Shown: piece by piece, positions 58,078-64,000 of the stretch
Numbering within the stretch: the stretch's first letter is position 1
Layout: each line of letters starts with the position of its first letter
Assembly (NCBI GenBank): GCA_043778225.1
Contig: JAYWGM010000101.1
Span: forward strand, 1 to 64,000
Length of the DNA stretch: 64,000 nucleotides
Reading direction: 5' to 3'
Origin: Deinococcales bacterium
GTDB lineage: Bacteria > Deinococcota > Deinococci > Deinococcales > JAAFIG01
Notes under the pieces: model-generated
Databases searched by the model: none
Told to the model about the DNA's origin: nothing
Seen by the model: the letters and a program-made list of their open reading frames with translations, nothing else
Position numbers and translations under genes: made by a program

Positions 58078-58490
58078 AAAGAACCCCCTAATGTTTTTAG
58101 AAAATCGCTCGGTGTGACTGCTTTAATCCCGAGTTGTTCACAGCCCTTAAAATCACGTAAATTATGTGTGACAATACATTTTGCAGCACTATTAAAAGCC
58201 ACTTCAAGAACCATGTTATCTTTTGGGTCGGATAAAAAAGGTCGCCATAAATAATCAATAGGTTGGTGTTTAGCTTTCAGGACTATAAAATCAAGCAAGA
58301 CCTGAATATCTCCAGCAGACAAAGAGTGCAGACCTTTGCGGGAAAGTACATCTTCGTACTCGAGAATCAGCGCAATAGAAATAATCGGCTGGAACGAATC
58401 GGCTTTAACATGGCGTAAAAGTTGATAGGAAGCCCCTAAGGATGAGCGCACCGCAGAGACCAGAACATTTGTATCGAGAACCGCCTGCAC
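58074..58490 (-). CDS. PIN-domain toxin
   Basis: VLDTNVLVSA, LEYEDV, DPKDNMVLEVA, IVTHNLRDF. Confidence 0.88.
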   Translation of the reverse strand: MQAVLDTNVLVSAVRSSLGASYQLLRHVKADSFQPIISIALILEYEDVLSRKGLHSLSAGDIQVLLDFIVLKAKHQPIDYLWRPFLSDPKDNMVLEVAFNSAAKCIVTHNLRDFKGCEQLGIKAVTPSDFLKTLGGSL

Positions 58491-58540
58491 CCATCAACGG
58501 TATCATATTTATAACCGCTTTTCAATAGACAAGTGTAGCC

Positions 58541-59494
58541 CTAAACGCACAACTCGAGAATCAGACGCTCTAAGGTCAGCCGTGGCTCGAGTCCACTTTT
58601 CATGCCAGCATCGGCTTCGAGCAGCAGCTTTTGTTCTTGGCGCACACTACTTTCTTTGTAGCGCCGCACGGCTTCGAGGGCTTTCTGGGCGCGAAATTCA
58701 TGCACCGCTAAGGTCTTGGCGGCTTCTTTGGGGCTAACCACGCCATCGCGGGCTTTCAGGGCATAAGCTCGAGCCAGCAGCCCATAATGCCCTTGGAGTG
58801 CGCCAAGCAGCTTAAAAGGGTCTTCGCCGGTGTTCAAAAGCCGCTCGAGGTGTTCCCAAGCCTCTTTGGGCTTTCGCGCCACCAGTGCATCCGTGACCAC
58901 AAACATCGTGGTCGGTTGGACGGCATTGACCACTTTGGCAACCGTGACCACATCGAGTTTAACTTCGATTAACGCCAATTTCTCGAGTTCACTGGCAAGA
59001 ATCGCTAATTCGTCTGGAAAAGTATCGGCTAATAATTTTGGCACGTCTTTCTCGAGCGGCAATTTCATTTTTTTAGCGCGGTCAGCCACCCAAGCAATCA
59101 GTCCGCCTTTGGTTGGAGTCGGCAGCGCTATCAGTTCAAAACCGAGTTTTTCATAGTGTTTGGCGCGAGCTTCTTGGGCTTTTTTCTTTCGCATCACTTC
59201 ACTGCTCGATTCCGAACTTGTCCAGTTTTCGCTGTCCAAAAGCACGGCAATCGCCTCTGGGGCGGTTGCCAGCAAATCGGCAATCGGTTTGTAGTCTTTG
59301 GTACTCGAGACATCTAAGACCACATTGGCAACCCCAAATAGTCCGCCCTGTAAATGCGGCGAGACCATAGCTTGGGTCAATTCTTCGTCCAGCCATGGCA
59401 CATCTCGAGGCGACAAGCCCCGTTTTATCAGGTAGGCTCGCGCCGCTTCGTGAATCAAAAACGCATTGCCAACCAGTGCCAGTGCCACAAGCAC
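58541..59494 (-). CDS. holA: DNA polymerase III subunit delta
   Basis: SPHLQGG, LASELEKL, MFVVTDAL, GEDPFKLLGAL, D..MKSG...LERLIL. Confidence 0.82.
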   Translation of the reverse strand: MLVALALVGNAFLIHEAARAYLIKRGLSPRDVPWLDEELTQAMVSPHLQGGLFGVANVVLDVSSTKDYKPIADLLATAPEAIAVLLDSENWTSSESSSEVMRKKKAQEARAKHYEKLGFELIALPTPTKGGLIAWVADRAKKMKLPLEKDVPKLLADTFPDELAILASELEKLALIEVKLDVVTVAKVVNAVQPTTMFVVTDALVARKPKEAWEHLERLLNTGEDPFKLLGALQGHYGLLARAYALKARDGVVSPKEAAKTLAVHEFRAQKALEAVRRYKESSVRQEQKLLLEADAGMKSGLEPRLTLERLILELCV

Positions 59495-59544
59495 AGCTTA
59501 TCATTTTGTTGGCAGACCAAGACGCAATTTGTTAGTATCCCAAT

Positions 59545-60243
59545 ATGCAATTTGTTAAGGCAGTACCGCCTTTGCAGTGGATTTTTATTGTGCTTGGTTG
59601 GGCTTTACTTGTGGCTGGTGTGGTTGCCAACCAAGTGACCCTGCTGACCTTGGGGACAATTACCGCCGATTTCTTAGCGGTTTACTTACTGTATCTGATT
59701 TCGACCCGCACCCCAAAAGCCTGGCAACAGACCATTTTTGGTTTTGTGATTGGGATGCTGGTGATTGGCTTATCCGACTTGGCAGTGCTGGCTGGCTTAG
59801 ACAGCCTCGAGCCGCCTTTGAGTCTGTTGGGGGCGCTGCTTTTTTTGCTTGCCAGTCTGGCTTTACCGATGCTGCTTGAGCGCCAAGGGATGTACAAAAA
59901 AGGTTTTGCCTTACAAATTGTTTTGATTGCGGCAGCCGTTGCCATCCTTGTTTCGGCACTGCTGACGATTTTATTCCAGCCACCGATGCTCCGCATTGCT
60001 TACCAGACCACAGGCTTATTTCTCTCGAGCTTATTTATCATGCAGAGCCAAGATTTTGCGGGTGGCGCAATTGGGCGGGTTTTGCGGATGCTTTCGATTG
60101 CTTTTGCGGTCTCGAGTTTTTCGCAAGTGGCTTTTGCGGTCATCCCAAGTTTAGCGGTGCTGCCAATCATTCCAGACCTTGCGCGTCAGGCTTTCTGGAT
60201 GGCTGGCACAACTTTATTGGCATTTGTACCCAGCCGAAAATGA
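59545..60243 (+). CDS. Multi-pass membrane protein of unknown function
   Basis: About 7-8 hydrophobic segments; TAGTAT 6 nt before ATG. Confidence 0.7.
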   Translation: MQFVKAVPPLQWIFIVLGWALLVAGVVANQVTLLTLGTITADFLAVYLLYLISTRTPKAWQQTIFGFVIGMLVIGLSDLAVLAGLDSLEPPLSLLGALLFLLASLALPMLLERQGMYKKGFALQIVLIAAAVAILVSALLTILFQPPMLRIAYQTTGLFLSSLFIMQSQDFAGGAIGRVLRMLSIAFAVSSFSQVAFAVIPSLAVLPIIPDLARQAFWMAGTTLLAFVPSRK

Positions 60244-60779
60244 AGCTCTCTGGGGCGGTCTTGGCGGGTGGGCGTTCGAGCCGTTTTGGCACAGACAAAG
60301 CCCAGTTTATATGGCATCAAAAAACCTTGCTCGAGTGGGCGTTGGGTAGTTTTATAGGCTTAGAAGACGTGATGGTGATTGGCGGCTCGAGTGCCACGAT
60401 TCCCGACCCAGAGCCATTTCTTGGGGCGCTCCATGGTGTAAAAAGCGCCCTCGAGAATGCAGTTTACCCTCGGGTCGCCATCATGGCGTGTGATATGCCC
60501 AACCTCAGCCCCGCCTATTGGCGGTTTCTCGAGTCAGATAAAGCCGATATTGTGATTCCCCAAAATAAAAACGGGCAACTCGAGCCACTGGCGGCAATTT
60601 ACTCAAGGGCGTGTTTGGGGCTGGTGCAAAACGCAATTACTCGAGGCGACTTAAAACTTTCGGGCTGGTGGCAAGCCCAGACCGAATTCAGCGTTCGGGT
60701 TGTAACATGGCAAGAACTCGAACCATTTTTCCCGAGCGATATTTTTTTGAATGCCAATTATCTCGAGGATTTATCGTGA
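60240..60779 (+). CDS. mobA: Molybdenum cofactor guanylyltransferase
   Basis: LAGGRSSRFGTDKA, ACDMP, EPLAAIY, FLNAN. Confidence 0.88.
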   Translation: MKLSGAVLAGGRSSRFGTDKAQFIWHQKTLLEWALGSFIGLEDVMVIGGSSATIPDPEPFLGALHGVKSALENAVYPRVAIMACDMPNLSPAYWRFLESDKADIVIPQNKNGQLEPLAAIYSRACLGLVQNAITRGDLKLSGWWQAQTEFSVRVVTWQELEPFFPSDIFLNANYLEDLS

Positions 60780-62899
60780 CCCGCCTAATCATGATTTTTA
60801 TTTGCTTTTTCTTGAGTGCTGCCCGAGCCGAAACGCTCGAAACCCAAGACACCGCCCAATTATGGCAAGCTGCCCAAGCCGTGATGCTCGAGGTGGCTGG
60901 TCAAAAAATACCAGAAAACCCCGAGCCAGATGGTTTACGTGGCATTGTGGCATGGTTGCTCGAGCAGGTGGCTCGACCGCCGCCAGCTTGGTTTTTGGGC
61001 GGCGTTATTCAGGCTCAGGCGGGTTTAACTTTGCCCGATACTCGAGCAGCAGCGCGACGCATGGCGTGGCTACAAGCTAGGCAATTCCCAAGTTTAGCCG
61101 ATTTGAACCTGTCGGTTAGTAGCAACGCTTTTGAGTCTCGAGCCGAGTTTGGCAGGGCTTTTGCTGAGTATTTAATCCAGCGTTGTGGGCTAAATAAACT
61201 TAAAACCATCCTGAAGTTTTTTTATGCCAATTGGAGTTTATCCGATGCTTTCTTCGAGGTGCTGGGCGTTCGGCTTGAGCAATTATTTGAGGATTGGCGG
61301 GTTCTCGAGGTTAATCGTGCCACCCAACAAGCTGACCAACTCGAGGCAACTGGCTTACCGACTGGTGAGGTGGTGGCACAGGATTTGGGTACAACCGTTT
61401 GGCTTTCGGATACGGATTTCATCACTGTTCAAAGCACTGGCTTGTACCGTGGGCAAATCAATCAACCCAAGCTCGAGTTGCTGGCTCGTTTACCATCCGT
61501 ACCATCGCGCCTGAGTTTGGCGACCGATGGTGCTTTAATTTACTCGAGACCTCGAGCTTACGGCACAATTTCTGGCGAAGTCTTTCGGTTTTTGAATGGT
61601 CAAGAACAACAACTGACCATTGGCGCAAATTCCACCGAGGCTGTGGCAGATGGTGCGTGTGTTATCTATGCTAAAGCCGCCTCGAGCTTATGGCATTGGT
61701 GCAACGGTCTGGAAAAATTGCTTTGGACTGCCCCAAAAGGCTGGCGCATTGGGCATTTGGCGGCTCGAGAAAACAAAATTGCCATGACCGTGGTTCGTGG
61801 CACTTTTTGGGATATTGCAGTGCTGCAAAATGGCGTTCTCGAGTTGCAAACCTCAGATTTAGCCCACGATGAAACACCGATTTGGCTCGATTCAACAACC
61901 CTACTTTACTCGAGTGACCGCCTTGGCACACCGCAACTTTGGCGCATTCGGCTGGGCGAAAAAGCCAGCCAACAAGTCACCGCCATTCTGGGTGGTGCAT
62001 TTGACCCCAAGCTGCTGCCAAACGGGTTGTACAGTTTCTCGAGCTTTGCAGGACTTGGTACAGAAACCCGCTTGGTCAGTCTCGAGAACGGTCTTGCTGT
62101 CGCGCTTGAGTTTTCGCAAACCCAAATTCCCAATAGCCCAGTCCCAAGCCCCTCAAGCCTGCTGCCAGATATTGGTATTGGTTTCTCGAGCGGGATTGGA
62201 TTAGAAGCTAAAGGCAACAATGGTGTTTTGGCATATCGTCTGGCTGGCGGTTACGACTTATTTGGTGTGGCTGGTTTTGGCGCGGATTTTTCCTTGCGTT
62301 TTGCGCCATTCCAAGGCTGGCAATTGACCGCCAACGGCAGCAGCAATCAGGCTCGAGGCTATGGCATTTTGGCTCGAGTGACATGGTCTGGGACTGGCGA
62401 AATTTTTACGCAAAGGGTCGGCGTGGTGTTTTCGCCGTTTATCACGCTCGATAATGGTCTACCAATTGTTTGGTTTGATTTTGGGCTGGGGGCTGGCTCG
62501 AGCGACGCTTGGGGCTACATCACCCAAAACTGGCAACTTTCTACCCGAATCAACAGCCAAGCCCAATACAGCCTTGGTCTAGGTCTGGCTGATTCTCTGG
62601 CAGGCGCGACCTTCGAGACCAGTTTGGGCGCTTCTGGCACATTGGGGGCTGCGCCAGTCTTGTCAGCACGTTTGGCGGCTCGAGCCTCCTTGCCTATCTT
62701 TTGGCGCTTTGGTGATGGTGTGCTGAGTTTTGAGCGCTTGACGTTCTACACTTCTGGTTCACTCTCGAGTCGAGAAGTGGCTTTTTGGTTGCAAATTCTG
62801 CTGGATGGCGTACTGAATTACAACACGGTTTTTACACTTGGACTCGAGCTTGGTTACTCGAGTCGCGGCGCATGGGTCTTTGGGCTTGTCTGGCGCTAA
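60776..62899 (+). CDS. Exported protein with TolB-like beta-propeller and probable C-terminal beta-barrel
   Basis: Signal peptide; LLYSSDRLGTPQLW PD40-like repeat; alternating beta strands with terminal aromatic residues. Confidence 0.6.
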   Translation: MTRLIMIFICFFLSAARAETLETQDTAQLWQAAQAVMLEVAGQKIPENPEPDGLRGIVAWLLEQVARPPPAWFLGGVIQAQAGLTLPDTRAAARRMAWLQARQFPSLADLNLSVSSNAFESRAEFGRAFAEYLIQRCGLNKLKTILKFFYANWSLSDAFFEVLGVRLEQLFEDWRVLEVNRATQQADQLEATGLPTGEVVAQDLGTTVWLSDTDFITVQSTGLYRGQINQPKLELLARLPSVPSRLSLATDGALIYSRPRAYGTISGEVFRFLNGQEQQLTIGANSTEAVADGACVIYAKAASSLWHWCNGLEKLLWTAPKGWRIGHLAARENKIAMTVVRGTFWDIAVLQNGVLELQTSDLAHDETPIWLDSTTLLYSSDRLGTPQLWRIRLGEKASQQVTAILGGAFDPKLLPNGLYSFSSFAGLGTETRLVSLENGLAVALEFSQTQIPNSPVPSPSSLLPDIGIGFSSGIGLEAKGNNGVLAYRLAGGYDLFGVAGFGADFSLRFAPFQGWQLTANGSSNQARGYGILARVTWSGTGEIFTQRVGVVFSPFITLDNGLPIVWFDFGLGAGSSDAWGYITQNWQLSTRINSQAQYSLGLGLADSLAGATFETSLGASGTLGAAPVLSARLAARASLPIFWRFGDGVLSFERLTFYTSGSLSSREVAFWLQILLDGVLNYNTVFTLGLELGYSSRGAWVFGLVWR

Positions 62900-64000
62900 C
62901 GCTGCCCGATTTGTAAAATCCCAAGGCACATCTCATCCACTGTACCTTCGCCCCAAACGGTGTAGCGCGGTTTGACCCGAGTACCACCAATTTCGGGTTG
63001 AACTTCGGGTGCATTATCGTATTGGCAGGTCACCCGCACTTGGTCGCCGTTTTGTAGGTCTATCGGCTTCTCGAGCCAGTAACTGCTCTGCCAATGGAAA
63101 TCCCAACGTGGAATCTCGAGGATCGTTTGACTTTTGTTTTCGCGGACTAGCTCGAGTTTAATCGCTTGCCCAAGCAAGTGCATATGTCCAAGCATCCCGT
63201 AAATAGCCAGCTTGGCATCTGGGGCTAAACGCATCGGGAAAGTGCATTTGTTAATCACTTTTCCAGCCGAACCAGAAGTAAATTGCTCGAGGCTGCTGCC
63301 GCAGAAATTAACAAAAACTGGATTTTTGAACAATGCCGAAGTCCCATCGCCCATGCGGGAGGCTCGAGCATAGGCAGCATCGCGGTGGCATGGGTCGGCT
63401 GGGTCGGTTGGGTATGCGCCAAGGCATGGAATTTCGACTGGTGCAAGGATAATCCCCGAGTTCAGACGTTTGATTGGGGCTTCTTTGGGGGCAAAGTACA
63501 ATTCGGCTTTGCTTTGGTCAGAACCTTTACCACCAAGTAAATTGTAATGCAGTTGCAAAACCAGCACATCGCCGGGATTGATTTGTGTGCCAGTACCTTG
63601 GGGGTAATCAACGCTGCCCTGTCCGGGTGCCCAAACGCCAACAATGTTGGGCGTGCCAAGGTTATTGCCCGGTCCACCAAAACATGGGTAGCCAAGTCGT
63701 CCATCGGTGGCTTTGTTCTCGAGTTGTACTGCACTTTCGGCTTTGGTCTTGTCTATTTGAAAAATAACCACATGATGCACAATTTTTTTGTTGGCTGGCA
63801 CGATGTTATAGGCATTCATAAAACGCGATTCGGACAATTTAGGGTCAAAAATAAAGCAGCGATATTCGTCGGTCAGGCTGGCATCGGGCAGAAACTCCGA
63901 TTTTGGGCTTAAAACCATGTCGGGTTGGCGTTTTTGGCTGCTCGAGACGGCTTGGGTTGCCACAACTTTACCAAGCGGCGCACCCGCCCACGCCCAATTG
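62896..64000 (-). CDS. Copper type II ascorbate-dependent monooxygenase-like protein (5' end outside the window)
   Basis: DEYRCF, VHHV, QLHYN, GHMHLLG, WDFHWQ, DEMC; frame stays open to the window edge (NWAWAGAPLG). Confidence 0.8.
   Translation of the reverse strand, partial: NWAWAGAPLGKVVATQAVSSSQKRQPDMVLSPKSEFLPDASLTDEYRCFIFDPKLSESRFMNAYNIVPANKKIVHHVVIFQIDKTKAESAVQLENKATDGRLGYPCFGGPGNNLGTPNIVGVWAPGQGSVDYPQGTGTQINPGDVLVLQLHYNLLGGKGSDQSKAELYFAPKEAPIKRLNSGIILAPVEIPCLGAYPTDPADPCHRDAAYARASRMGDGTSALFKNPVFVNFCGSSLEQFTSGSAGKVINKCTFPMRLAPDAKLAIYGMLGHMHLLGQAIKLELVRENKSQTILEIPRWDFHWQSSYWLEKPIDLQNGDQVRVTCQYDNAPEVQPEIGGTRVKPRYTVWGEGTVDEMCLGILQIGQR

Noticed and set aside
522..63912. Numerous 60-190 aa antisense or alternate-frame ORFs in the track
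   Set aside because: They are nested in confidently identified genes and show no motifs or expression signals.

Overview
A 64-kb bacterial chromosomal segment, most likely Deinococcota. This assignment is an inference from the protein families present, MqnB futalosine hydrolase and pervasive TAnnnT-(5-8 nt)-start leaderless gene starts. Most of it is housekeeping: tRNA-Leu(CAA), secG, a peptide ABC operon, SRP RNA, mutS, dxr, cysS, hisD, lepA, a TPP riboswitch with thiB, sodA, mqnB, slyD, holA and mobA. Small accessory modules are interspersed: an AT-rich Dam-type methyltransferase plus mini PD-(D/E)XK nuclease islet, two toxin-antitoxin pairs, a tandem DUF3500-like/HupE/two-component operon, and a STAND-BTAD regulator upstream of a delta-60-repeat lipoprotein. 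Strongest hidden signals: (1) an unannotated leaderless Cys-Cys-Cys leader peptide with mutually exclusive antiterminator/terminator hairpins in front of cysS; (2) extreme, frame-independent iteration of the palindrome CTCGAG, HIP1-like, with apparent avoidance of GATC and GGCC; (3) an in-frame nonsense codon in the sensor kinase of the DUF3500 operon; (4) three different triplicated repeats at the lepA 3' end, with one composite copy on the other side of lepA. All counts are manual and no database searches were run.
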